Source: Rhodosorus marinus CCMP1338
Lineage: Eukaryota; Plantae; Rhodophyta
Direction: 5' to 3'
DNA: 64,000 bases
Assembly (NCBI GenBank): GCA_029953675.1
Contig: JAMWBK010000011.1
Location: 930,001-994,000 of the forward strand
The notes beneath the pieces are model-generated. The model saw nothing but the letters and a program-made list of their open reading frames with translations. It ran no database searches and had not been told where the DNA came from. This document shows positions 44,159 through 56,662 of the stretch, one piece after another (the stretch's first letter is position 1; each line of letters begins with the position of its first letter). The translations under genes and the position numbers were made by a program.

Positions 44159-46741
44159 TTATGATACCAGTGGGCACCCTGTCGCCTTGGAAACAAAGGC
44201 CAACCTATCTGCTGCCTCCTCGAGCTGCTTGGAAGTGGGTTTTCCCGCTCCATGCCCCGCCTTGGTGTCCACCAGGAGAAGCAAGGGAGCCGTTTGCGAA
44301 GCCGAGGTCCCAGCTCTGTGCTGCAATTCGGCGGCATATTTATAGCTGTGCAAGGGAGCCACCCGGTCATCATGGTCTGCAGTGGTCAGTAGGATCGGAG
44401 GGTAGGGTTTGCCGCTCGCCGCCGGATCGTTCACGTTGTGGAGCGGGCTGTAGGCATAGATCGACTTGAAGTGCTCCGGGTCGTCGGGGTTTCCAAACTG
44501 CTCGTCGAATAGGGACAGCGTTTTGCTCGTGTTTGAGTATAGGGGAGTAGCTTCAAAGAACTGTACAGAATTCTCGTGTCAATTTTCTCGCTTGGGGGCT
44601 TACATCAGATGTCCAGAATCTTCCGATTCCAAACTTGTGAAATCTCAACATGTCCATCACCCCAACGGCTGCGACCGCGGCCCCGAACAGCTCTGGGCGC
44701 TGATTGATACAGGCTCCGACGAGGAGCCCGCCGTTGCTTCCGCCAAGAATCCACAGCTGCTTGGCTGTGGTCACTTTGGAAGAGACCAAATAACTCGCGG
44801 CTGCTTGAAAGTCATCAAAGCAGTTCTGTTTCTTCGCAATGATCCCCGCATTGTGCCAAGCTTCGCCGTACTCATCCCCACCTCGGATGTTGGCGATGCA
44901 CAAGACGCCGTTGAAACAACGCATCCAAATGAGATTGGTGAGAGAAAAGCTCGGCGAGATGCTTATCATGAATCCACCGTAGCCGTAGAGTTCACAAGGA
45001 GCGGGGAGAGGGACTGATTTTCTCTTCACGATGAACATGGGAATCTTCGTTCCGTCCTTGCTCTCATAGAAAACCTATTTAGGGGTCGAAAGACCAACCA
45101 CCGCCGCGTGAGCACCCGGCCGTCCACGTGTACGGGATGGTCGATGGTCCAGCATACCTGCTCCGTGGCGTACTCGCTAGGATCATGATCCGGAACATTG
45201 ACATGCTTGTACAGCTTCGGCTCACCACTTTCCTTCAAATCCACGTGGAAGATGGATCCAGGGTGGACGAACGAGGTGAAACGGAAGAAGAAGTCGCTGT
45301 CCCGTCTTCTGGAGTTTACGGTAACGCACCCTAGATCAGGAAGTTGGACGGGTCGGATGAGCGCACCATTTTGGAGATGGCGAAGCTCCAGAACATGTTT
45401 GACATCCCGCTGGTAGACGACGACCATCTTATCGCCGTCCGCCGCCTCAGCGTGCACCAGGACGTCCGATGGGTGCTCCTCCAGCACCGAGGTCCAGCTT
45501 GGCAGAACCTGTGGGTCAGAAAATTCCCGTAGATGGCCGAGGGTGAGCTCTTCAGCTCAAGTCCAGGATCTATGAAAATTCGCTCACCTCCTTTTCGACG
45601 TCAATCCGGACGATCTGGTTCCTCGGAGCGTCCCTGTTTGTACGAACGTAGAAGAGGGACTCATCATTGGCAATGTAGTGGTACTCTGCCTCAAAGTCAT
45701 CGATGAGCGCGACCACGTGCTCCGATTCGGATCCAAAGTGCTGCTCAATGTTAACCAGTTGAAGCTTCTCCTGTGGGGCACAGGACTGAGTAACGCCGAT
45801 CAGGAGGTACTTTCCATCATCAGTTGTGGTGAGCCGAAAATTCCAGTCCGGATGGTCGGGATCCTCATAGATGAGTCGGTCCTGCTCCTGTGGAGTGAGT
45901 CAAAGCAACAAGTTGGTTTTTCAGTGACCTAGTGGCGGCGCCGTAGCCGGGCGAATAGGAGATTTTGCGGGTGATGAGACCTGGGACGATCCAACTTGAT
46001 GAAAGTAAACCATCTGGTTCTTCACTTCAGCAGTGCTCGTGCCCCGCTCCTCCGCAGTTTTGTCTTCATCGACAGCAGGGTATCTGCAGTAGTAGAAGCC
46101 GCTGCCATCCTTCTTCCAGGCAATCGACGTGTAGCGTGCCCAATCGCAGCATCCTGGGATTTCCTCCTGGCTGACCAGGTCGAGCACGTGGATCGATCTC
46201 CAGTCTGAACCGCTCAGGGACACGGAGAAGGCCAGCAGGTTGCCGTCATCAGAGGGCTCAAGCTCGCCGAGAGAGGCTGTTCCGTCCTCCGAGAACTTGT
46301 TCGGATCGAGAACAACAATAGGCTCGGAATTGAGGTCATCCTGCCTGTACAGGACGTGCTAACATGAAAGACAAAGCCAAGCGCCATCCGATATCAGATT
46401 CCGCTAGCTAAATCTTCGTTTAAGCAGGATGTTAGCTGAAGACGCCTCACCTGGTTCTGCTGGCCGTCCTTCTTCATGAACAGAGTGGCATCGCTCACGT
46501 TGAAGGGACACCCGAGCTTCTCATATTCGTTCATTTTCTTCAGCTCGGAGAGCACATCGTCCCGAACATCTCCGCTGATGTAGGTCCTACTCAGTTCGTT
46601 CTCCGCATCTACCCAGGTCCTAGTCTCCTCGCTGTCCGGGTCCTCAAGCCACCGGTACGGATCCTTGACCTCCACGCCATGAAGGACTTCACTGTGCCCC
46701 TCATCCCGGCGAGCCACTGGATACGAAATCGAGCCGTTCAT
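44159..46741 (-). CDS. PREP: Prolyl oligopeptidase (S9A), multi-exon
   Basis: [20 protein letters not shown]; [13 protein letters not shown]; [11 protein letters not shown] (catalytic Ser); TADHDDRV (Asp); AGHGAGKP (His). Confidence 0.95.
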
Positions 46742-47070
46742 CCTCGGGTAACACGACTGCACACGAGCCAAGGCAATTGCACAAACAGTCGACTATCAAT
46801 GCCCCTCCTAGCCAAGGCTCCACTAGGCCTCCCTATACCTCTTCACCGAAGAGCAGTCACAGGGGATTTCGGTAGGGACGCCTCCGCAGAAAAAAATTAT
46901 AGGACTGTCGGAGAAGGATTTTTTTACTGAGCTATTTCGTTCCTCTGGACATCCAAGGCGAATACGTCTGAGGCCATTCCCGTCACACACTCAAAAGGTC
47001 AATCCAACCACAGCTACTCATAAAGTATATATAATATATAATTTATTTAAACGCGAGAATTTCCCCGCTA

Positions 47071-47143
47071 GACCTGCTGGCCCAATGGATAAGGCGTCCG
47101 CCTCCTAAGCGGAAGATTCTGGGTTCGAGTCCCAGGTAGGTTG
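47071..47143 (+). tRNA. trnR-CCU: tRNA-Arg (anticodon CCT)
   Basis: Acceptor stem GACCTGC/GTAGGTT; D-loop AATGGATAA; anticodon stem TCCGC/GCGGA with loop CTCCTAA; T arm CTGGG TTCGAGT CCCAG; no intron and no encoded CCA. Confidence 0.95.
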
Positions 47144-47861
47144 GTCTTGCGATACTACTTTTCCTTTTCCTCTACGTTTTTGGGCACACAGATGAAACAC
47201 GAGCAGATTGCGTTTTGATTGTCCCTTACAAGTGTGCAGAGGTCGGAAACTTTGTACAAAGTCCAGGACATTCTCTGTTTGAAGAATGAGCAGCCACCCC
47301 GCCGCAATAGCGAGGTTGTTGTAGTTCACTCTCGCCCTAATCGTTTTTTCTTTGCGATGGTTGTTGGGGTTGTATGGACTGCCTATTACCGTCTACTGCA
47401 ACGTTTCTGTAGAACTTGACGTTTTCTCTAATCAGCTCTTCAAATCGCAATTCCGCAGATGGTTTTCCGAGAAGGCTCCGTTGCCGGCCCCCTTGGTAGT
47501 TCTTTTCCCACCTTATAGGTCAGCATGACGCTTTGACATTATCGGCTAGAACCAGTAGCACCACAGGAGTGTACGCTAGTTCAGACAGGACTTTACGTCT
47601 ACTTTTGGTGTACGTGTCCCGCCCCAACCCGCCAATAGCAACAGAACCAGAACTTGACGATGACCAGTGCTGCTTCAACAAGCGCGAGCCAGCCGGTGAT
47701 CCAAACTCCAGCCTTAAAGCATCAGTTGTACGGTCTATGAGAGACTTTGTCTCAGTATGGCCTACGCCAAAGGCCGATGAGCGACCACAGGCGAGGACTA
47801 TGAATGTCCCCATGTTTCGGATGTTGACTTGATTGCGATTTGAACGCAACAGGATAGAGAG

Positions 47862-49158
47862 TTGCCAATGAGGGCACCTGTGCGGACCCCAGTGCCAGAG
47901 GGGATGGCTGACCTTGACCTACTAAAGACGACGTTCGAGGGACGAGCGATTGTGAACTGTCCAGATCCAACCTGTTCTTTTCGTGAATACCTGTTCCCGC
48001 CCCCGTCTGAGAAGCTTCCTCCGCTAATTCTGCACATCAGAGCGCCGGACTCGTGGGGATACGAGCACGGAAACAGACTGACCACGCTGATCGGAGCAGC
48101 ATGCGTGCTTCCCCTCCAGTATATCGAAGAGCTGATCGACTTTGGAGCGGTTTACTACTCAGACGACGAGTCGAAGAAAGCCAAGAGGGTGCCTTCTGAT
48201 GTCCCAGTCACCGGCGGGAGCTACTGCCGAGTGCACGTCAATCCGAAACGGTACATGTCTCCGAAGTGGAACAAGCTGATTCCCTAGGGTTCATTGACTT
48301 ACTGCCTGTTTTCTCACTGACGGCAGGTACTTGAACACCTATACGACAGACTGGAACTCGAGAATAGTGAGCCAGATTGCTGACCTGATCGTCATAGATA
48401 AACCCTACGGCGTCCCTTCTCAGCCGCTTGTGGACAACCTCGTGGAGTGCTCAACGTTCCAAGTTCAGCAGGCGCTCGCTCTACCGACAATTCACGTCAC
48501 GTCCCGGATCGATGTGGCGACGAGCGGCCTTCAGATCCTCGCCAAGACTTCCGTAGCTGCGGAGAGCTTCAACAAACAGGTACGATCCCGAGGCGTCCGA
48601 AAGGAATACCTCGTGTGCTGTGAGAAGGAGCTGCCCCTAGGCCCAGTTCGACATTTGTGCCGCGCGAAAAGCCACAAGAAACGGAAAGGTGGGGACTTCC
48701 TGCTTTCCCGGTACCGAGAAGGTTTCGACCCGACCGAGTGGTCCCAAGCTGTTCTTGAGATCCTCGAGAAAACCCGAGTTGAAAACAACCAGGTTCAGAA
48801 GGTAGGGGACTGTTGGCAGTACCGCGTGAGAATTATCAGCGGTCGAACACATCAGGTAAAAGGGAAACGAGAACCACCGAATCTCGAGCGGTGTTGCCAC
48901 GGACAACCTAAAACAAGCTTCCGTTCCGCTCAGATTCGTCTTCAACTAGCGGCACTATCTTCGCCTGTGATTGGAGACACTCGCTACTGGGACCTCGCCG
49001 GAGTCCTGGTCGATGATCTGGGAGCAGATGAACAGGTTACGCTCGGGCCAGATCCCGAGAGAATCTGCCTCCAAGCTGCGGAACTGGAGTTCGAGATTGA
49101 CGGACGGGCTCTCGTTGTGAAAGCAGGCCTGCCGTGGTGGGTCGCTCATGAGCCGTGA
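47862..49158 (+). CDS. RluA-family RNA pseudouridine synthase (spliced; true start uncertain)
   Basis: IVIDKPYGVPSQP; SRIDVATSGLQILAKT (catalytic Asp motif); RKEYL; ISGRTHQ..IRLQLAALSSPVIGDTRY; CLQAAELEF. Confidence 0.88.
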
Positions 49159-49317
49159 GCCATTGTCAAAACTCAACGATTGCACAAGCCGTCCCAGTCC
49201 ACCACCGGTCGCACCGCGTCAGCTGTGTTAACGGGTCACTGCTTTACAATAATTATAAGAAACCTAGGCTGTATAAAATTATGAACAAGAACCAGGATGG
49301 CGAAGGATTGCCAATCC

Positions 49318-49887
49318 TCAAACTTGATTGGAAAGCGGCTCTTCCACGTCAGCTGCTGATGTGGGTATTGCGGAAATGGTGCTGTTGTTGAACCGCTTCA
49401 AGACGGCCGAATCCGTGGGAACGCCCAGATTGACGTCGGTTTCTTCGGGTCCTACCGCGAGGTAGAAAACCGTCTCTTTCCAAGCCGCGGCTTCCTCCTC
49501 AGTTTGTTCTTCTTCTGAGCTCGACGCGACGATATTAGCGAGGTCTCTAAGATCTCTAAAGGAGGCCATCTGATTTTGAACCTCGAGCATCCCTGACCAC
49601 TGCTTTGAAAGCACAACGAATAAAACAAAGAGCTGGGCATCGGAAGACATGAATCGATTCGGTCAGGCGGATAGTCCGATAACAAGGTGGGGAGAGAGTT
49701 GACGAATGTGGCAAGAGCACTTTACCTCCAGGCAGACAGCAATAGCAATCAGGACGAAGCCGACGACGACATCTCGCTTCTCCGCGCTGCCATCAACAGC
49801 TACGAAGACTTCGTGAAGGGTCAATCCGAGGACAGCTGATGCGAGAATCAGTTGGACGATACTCAACTGTAGTCGGTTTGGAGACAA
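49318..49887 (-). CDS. Small membrane protein of unknown function (spliced; upstream exons likely)
   Basis: Two linked ORFs with TM-like segments (IVQLILASAVLGLTL; VVVGFVLIAIAVCLE; LFVLFVVL) and an acidic tail. No family recognised. Confidence 0.4.
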
Positions 49888-52051
49888 GGGATGTAAGAAG
49901 AACTCGTGTCAATTGGTGTCCTCGTGGGTATAGAAAAAAGCCTTTTCGAGGACTAAAACAAGGCCTATATCGTCAATTGATCTGAGCTCTGGCCTAAAAA
50001 GGGTGCTTCAAAAGACGCCTTACCAGCCCCCACGGCATGTTGTAAATCAAGAGAGTGGTCAAATCAATCGCACGGATGCACACCATGGTCACGTAGAATC
50101 CAACGTACGCGCTCTGAAGAACTATCGCGACGGTTGTTATTGAAATCATGTACAGCTTTGGGAGCCAAGCAACACGAGCCAGAAAAAAATAGCAAACCAG
50201 GCGTTTTCAGTTCACCGTTTCCAAGCATTCCAATCCCTGCTCCCCTAGTCTTCTTCCTCCCCCGTGGAAAGCTTTGACGATCTTACCAAGTCAAGCACGA
50301 ATAGGAGGAAAGGATACGCGGCATACCTTGGGGCACGCCGTCGTAGAAGCCCAGTAAGTACCTTGCGGTGAATCCATTCCTCAAACCCGCCAAGAGATGA
50401 CCGAACACGCTCCATTCTTTTCTGAAATAACCTGAACTAACCCAGAACCACACCAGCCTCGGCCGTTCAAGGACCCATGGGTTAAGCCCCGTTTTTGGCA
50501 GCCGGGACAAAGCCAGCTGAGTATTCAAAGGGACCAAAGCAACACCAAAAAAAACGAAAAGGCAGGCGCCCGCTCTTCCTATCCCATTCCCAAACCTCTC
50601 TCCCGAGCATCTGCAATCCCGTCCAGAGACGATCTAAACACCCCCAAAAACCCGAAAAACACCCACCCCCTCAGAAACCCAGGAAAATCCCGATGTCAGC
50701 AAAATCCTTTCCCCTAAAAACAATTCCGTTCTACTCCCCCCTAAGAAAGGTCCGCTTCCTTCAACAAAAACGTTCAGCAGAAAACAAAAACAAACAAATG
50801 CTGGAAAACAAAAAAAAACTCCCCCCCCCTCTCCACGCAGCCCTTGACTGGTAGGGTTGTCATCAAATGTCCAATAAAGGATACTGGACGTGTCTGATAA
50901 AAAGAGATACGAATATTATGGAATTAACGAAGAAAAATTGATTGTCTAGGGAACGCAAATATTTTAAAAATATGTCTGATTTAAGGTCATTTATTACTCA
51001 TTTTTTAGCCGATCAGTACTTACGGGTATGGATTTATCTTCGTTTATAGGATATTATGTGTACTAAGTTATGTACTAAATTGTTTGTTTTGGACGAAAAC
51101 GCTTCTCTGTCATTAACGAGAGAATCTCTGGCCTCCTACTAAAGTTTCTGTTCAAGACAGCGCTCTTGGCATTTCTTGGCATATTCGGGTTTGAGCGCTA
51201 CTTTGCTGTTGGGGGCGCACGTCATCAGCGCCTCCCTTGACGCTCCTCAGGGTAGATAGGCTCTGAACAACCCAGATCATCAATGTTGGCAAAAAAGCAT
51301 GACCGTCCAATGACAGATAATTCAAGTGCTTTGCCCAGTCTTGGCGACGTTGAGGAGGACGTAGCCTGTTGAGTCTTCAAACCATTGCAACCCGAGCTTA
51401 AATCCGACCGGTGACGGATCGACGTGACGGTGATGTCGGTTTGCTCCATGGATCTCTGTCCCTTGCTCTTATCGTCCCGAACCCTATCGGGCAGGACAGG
51501 GAAAACTTAGGACTTGCCTGGGACCAGAAATCTCCACCATCGTGACCGTTCTCGCTGAATTACGAAAACTAAAATGGGAGACCTCTTCCAGGGTAGGGTT
51601 TAGTAAAAACGTCTTCGTGAAGAACTCATTAGCTCTTTACATCAAACTCGCACTTCTTCGTATAGCCCGGATCGCCTTTCCCACTTACCAACACCGTCCG
51701 CATGCACAGGCTACTCTCGTGACAACGTGTCAGCAAAAAGTGTATAGACTTCTGCGCGCAGGAAAATTTAAAGGTAGATAAGTGTCATATTACTTGGGGC
51801 CAATTTTAATAAATTAAGTTCATAAATCTGTTAATTGTTGGGGTGACTATAAGATCGGTTTTGATGGAGTGTAAAGCAGTAGTATTGTCTTTGTCGAGGG
51901 CGAGGACTACGTGTTCGGGAACGGTATTAGAAGCGTAGTCGGGAGAGGAGAGAGACTGGGATTGATGAGGGGGCTTGGCTGAAGGTAGCCGAGCTTATGA
52001 TTCCCTCTGAACATACGCCTGTGAAGAGAAAGAGGGTGGGTGAGAAGAGTT

Positions 52052-52990
52052 ATGGCGTCGAAGAGGACGATTGCTGTATGGATGTCCGTTTTCCTGTGGA
52101 TAGGACTGGTGGATGCGGCGAAGAAATGTCCGCCGGGTAGGGCGAAGAGTTTTCTTATGGGATTCATGGGACATACAGGATCGACTGCGACGATGTCGAT
52201 GTTACATAAGCACAGCCACCTGGACGTTGCGTGGCCATTGGTTGAGCCGATGATGAATCACAATGCGACGACGGGATGTCTGTGGACGCGAATGTTCTTC
52301 GAGGAGCCGAGAACTACCATTCCGGGGTTCAAGCTTCGTCCGCACAAAGTTATTGACGACAAGGAGCCGTGGACGAAGCTCATTGACGACTACGAGGTGA
52401 GGTTCATTCGGATGATCCGAGAGAACCTTTTCAAAGCTGGAATCGGGCTGTATTCTGTCCGAGTTTTGGAAGACAAGGCCGCCGTGCAGGGGCTTATGAA
52501 AGGTGAGGAGGATCATTGTCAGGTTCACCCGGAGTCCTGCTACTTTGATGTGGAGAGCGTGAAGCTCCTAGCTTCCCTTATGCATACCATCCATGAAGGG
52601 AACGAATCGGTGGAGAATCTCGCACGCGAGATGAACTGGTCTTGCGTTCTGGATATCACCTACGAAGAATTCCAGAAGAATGGTGAAAAGCTGATGAAGC
52701 GCGTGGAGAACTTTCTGGGCATTCCGTACGAGGGTCACCGGCCCGATTTCCAAAAAGCCCTCTCGGACAATCCCTGTGAGGTGGTGCTGAACTATCAGGA
52801 CATCTGCGGATACTTCTACGATTGCCCTCTGTTCCGGCCGTTTGTGGAGGATGAAGATGCCGGCTGTGTGTGTGTGAACAAGAAGGGCAAGCACGACCCT
52901 GTGCTGTGTGATCATGAACTATTGAAGGAGGCGATTAGACAAGACCCGGACGAGGATCTGAAAACGATTGGAGACACTCGAACCAATTGA
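52052..52990 (+). CDS. Sulfotransferase-like protein (Stf0/NodH-type P-loop fold) with an N-terminal signal
   Basis: FLMGFMGHTGSTATMSMLHKHSHL..EP resembles the 5'-PSB region (RSGST..L..HP..E); FIRMIRENLF resembles the 3'-PB strand; LDITYEEF..VENFLGI is typical; Cys-rich C-terminus. Confidence 0.68.
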   Translation: MASKRTIAVWMSVFLWIGLVDAAKKCPPGRAKSFLMGFMGHTGSTATMSMLHKHSHLDVAWPLVEPMMNHNATTGCLWTRMFFEEPRTTIPGFKLRPHKVIDDKEPWTKLIDDYEVRFIRMIRENLFKAGIGLYSVRVLEDKAAVQGLMKGEEDHCQVHPESCYFDVESVKLLASLMHTIHEGNESVENLAREMNWSCVLDITYEEFQKNGEKLMKRVENFLGIPYEGHRPDFQKALSDNPCEVVLNYQDICGYFYDCPLFRPFVEDEDAGCVCVNKKGKHDPVLCDHELLKEAIRQDPDEDLKTIGDTRTN

Positions 52991-54101
52991 TCCAGCGTGA
53001 AGATCCTCACGCGCAGAGTCCGTGGCTGAGTGTAGTCAAACTAACAGGATTATTCTCGTGGAGCAGCAGAGATTGCTTCCGATCCCACGAATAGGATGCG
53101 AAGAAATAACAGTCTTCCCTGTAGATATTAAAAAAATCAAAAGCATTGAGCAAAAAGTTTCCAGCGGGCTCGATGTGACCAGGTACACGGGGACAAGGCG
53201 ATTCCGCAAGGCGCTGTGTCTCCCCTCTCGGCCTCTTTCTCGGTTGAAATCAAGTTTTCTTTTGTGAAAATTTTGATTCCTATGCACTAGCAATCATAAC
53301 TCTGCGGCACGTTTCCGATTTCTCAGATGCTGGCCTCTTTAAAAACTACAACGGATTTTCTGCCGTAAGTAGATCCAGAAGTTCAACGCGGACGAGAGTT
53401 GATGATAGCGTAAACACGAGAGCATATAGACAATAGATTAGTTAGCCACGCAGGGAGGAGCCAGATCAAGATTCAGTTTTAATACCGAGGAAGCTCTACG
53501 CATCCTCCTGCAACCCATCCACCATTTCGGCAGTTCTTGAATGTTTCAACCATGGATGACACGCTCATCAGCCAAGTTTAGTCAGAGTACGTGATGAGAA
53601 GCTCAAATCTGTGAGGTTTCTCCGTGAAAACCGTTTCCATTTCACCAGTTCAGTACGTAGTCCTGGCGTCCGGCTGCCTCATTCCCCCAACGCTACCTGC
53701 TTGCCATCCAGGTGGAGTGGTCCCACAAAAAAAGCTTACTGAATCGGTTGTTCTCTTCCGACGCGTTACGAAGCAGCATCGTTCATGCATTGAATCCACA
53801 TCATCAAGAACGTATCCAGACTCACAGGATTGCGAGCAACGCTATCAGACCCTTTTGCCAAGTCATACCTTTTGCCTTTGCCTTTCATCTAAACAATACA
53901 AAATTACAAGAAACATTTCACCATGTAAACAACCTTTTTTTGGCCTAATCCAAATCGAATCAAGAATTGGTCTAAACACTACTAAATTTCATTTCGCGAT
54001 TCGATCTCGATTAAAACGGAGTGTTTTAGATCATCTTTTGTTTTCCCGCTGTTGTCGTGTGGCGGTTTGAGTACTTTTCTGGGATGCAGAAGAAGACGGG
54101 G

Positions 54102-54167
54102 CCGGGGCCGGTCTTGACTTTGACGAGAGTGTGACCGGGGCCGGTCTTGACTTTGACGAGAGTGTGA
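54102..54167. repeat. Perfect 33-bp direct tandem duplication
   Basis: CCGGGGCCGGTCTTGACTTTGACGAGAGTGTGA occurs twice, 40 bp before the Sac1 ATG. Confidence 0.95.
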
Positions 54168-54206
54168 CAACCGGAACGGTGGGTTAAAGGTCTATCCAGC
54201 TCTGAA

Positions 54207-56363
54207 ATGACTAATACTCTACAGAAATACAATGTTATTAGGACCTATGATGGGGTCTATATTGATTCTCGTGTGTGCGTAGCAGATGAGGATGGTCTGG
54301 TGAAGGATGTAGGGGGGCTTGCTCCTCCTGAGAATCGTGTAACAGACCAGTTCGAGATTTTCTGTGTCTTCGGATACATTTCTGGGTAGGGTAGCTCCTC
54401 AGTTTTTCGTGAGAGTTTCATGCTTTTGGGAAGATTCAAGCGTTTTTGGCTAAGGGCGTGCGGATGTTGTGGGTTACAAAGGCTGTTGATCCTGGTGACC
54501 GGTGTAGAGAGCTTGGGCAGCCTAAACGGCCACCAAGTCTTGAAAGTCACTGAATGGAGGACTATAAACGTCACAAGCAAAGTTGAGTACTGCGAGAACG
54601 CCGTGAGGTCCTTCTTCACGCTGGATGGGATGTACTTTTCGCCCACGACAGACCTCTCCAAGAGACGATCGCCTTCCGGCTCAACGTTTTCTGAGGTTCA
54701 AAAGATGGCTTTCTGTTGGAACCATGCGGCGTCATCTTCGCTTGTCAAGGCAGGGTAAGGAGCCTCCATCCAGTTCCCGTTTGATTCATTACTGTCTTAA
54801 ACGACTTACATTGGATCCGATTCAGGTTTAGTGAATACGTCCGTCCGATGGTCTTCGGATTCGTATCGATAACCTCAGTGAGAGATATCAAACTGGCGCT
54901 CGTGTCCAGGCGCAGGACTGACCGAGCTGGCTTCCGGTTCACGACGAGGGGTATGGATTCCGATGGTGCCGTTGCGATCGCGACAGAGACTGAAGCGTTT
55001 GTTGAACGGGCTGGGGTGGTTACATCCTTCACAACAATCCGAGGATCCATACCTCTCTTTTGGATGCAGTTTCCTCTTCAAATGTACGTTGCAAAGGCAC
55101 TGTGCCGGGAGTCTGTAACTATACTCACGAGAAAGGGGTTCCACTATGCGTTTGCTTAGGAGGAAACCGAAGACGATGATTCACACTGGAAGCAGAGAAG
55201 AGAGAGCGGCGTTTTCTACTCACTTTCAGAAGCTTTCTGAGGAATACGGCTCTCGGGTGGTGATCTTGTCGACCGTCAATGATACTGGCGCGGAGGGCAT
55301 TCTGAATCTCAAGTACTCGAGGGAGGCGAGGAGGAGCGAGAACGTCCAGCTGTTCAAGCATTTCCGCTTTTTCTCAGTGAGCGACAGGAGTCTGAACATA
55401 GAGCTACTTGGCCGCGGCTTTTTGCTGAGAACATTGCGCCTGTTTCTACGTAGGGTGAGACGGCGCCAGTAACGCAGAGGCTCGACGACCTCTACAAAGA
55501 CCTCAAGGGCGTGTTGAGCGCGCAGGGACTCACTCAGAGGACAGACCATGAGATCGTGACGAGAAAGGCACAGTCTGGTGTGCTTCGGATCAACTGCATT
55601 GACTGCTGCGATCGGTCGAACGTTGCTCAGGCGCATTTGGTCAATTCCGTAATAAGAGAGTTTGTGTTGGATGATCTGAATCCCGATGAATGTGAGGAGG
55701 ATCGGCTGGAAAGAGCTCTTCGGAATATCTGATCCGTCCTTGATTCCTAAACGAGCTGATACGAATCCCACGTTTACCTCGTAGGGAACGAATTGGAGGT
55801 CGACCTGAGGGAGTTGTGGCATGAGAACGGAAAGCAGATCTCCGAGCAGTACGCAGGGGGAGCCGCGCTACAAGGCGATCTAACGCGATATGGAATGAGA
55901 ACGTTTAGCGGGCGCTGTCAGGACCTAAAGAGCCTCGTGAACCGCGACCTCAGCAACAGGTACAAGCATGGAACGCTCCAAGATGGCCTGGACCTAATCC
56001 TCGGAGTTGTCAAGGAGCATGATCCAATTCACCCGGACAGCCGGATTCGCCCGTACTTCCCCAGGATCGTGATCATCATTTTCTTGGTCGCGTTCGTGTG
56101 CAAGAATCTCAATTTATCCAGAGGACTTTCAGTGGTAAGCGAAGAGGCTCCCAAAGTCTGCAGCCACAATTCCGTTCCGAGCCAAGAACGGTGACTCACG
56201 AACCGTCTGCAAACGACAGGCTTTCAAGCTCCTGTCCGCGATGTCTTTCGGTGGTCTTCTCCTCGTCATGTCGATGCCAGAGGCATGGACGCTGAAATCA
56301 GCATTAGGCGGTACGAAAGCAAGAGTTCATCCGAATGCATCGACTTTCCTGCCTCTGGAGTGA
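54207..56363 (+). CDS. SAC1: Sac1-type phosphoinositide phosphatase (multi-exon; 3' end uncertain)
   Basis: LVSRRRTDRAGFRFTTRGMDSDGAVA..ETE; SFTTIRGSIPLFWMQ; catalytic RINCIDCCDRSNVAQ (CX5R); ENGKQISEQYAG; C-terminal hydrophobic segments. Confidence 0.9.
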
Positions 56364-56662
56364 TCCCTGCTCTTTTTTTACTGCGCCGAGCAGATGACTT
56401 TTGGGGTGGTCTAAGAAGGCCAGCTTTTGAAGTATTTTGAGACCGGAGTTGGCCGTCGCTTTATTTGTTTCTCGCCTATGGAGAGCTATACATATTGGCA
56501 CACAGGGACCATGGCGAGGCTCGTTGACTACTAAACTATGTGTACATTTGATTCCCCGTTTTCGTTCTTGCCTCGTTCGTTTTGGGAGGGTTCCACAGGC
56601 ACCGGCGTCTTCTCCTAATCTCTGGTTGCAGGTAGTCATAGCTCTGGTGGCCCTGGGGTTCG

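Noticed and set aside
293-46741. A 'protease island' linking the astacins, the M14 peptidase and prolyl oligopeptidase
   Set aside because: They are separated by ~29 kb of unrelated housekeeping genes, and PREP is a conserved cytosolic enzyme; there is no sign of functional linkage.
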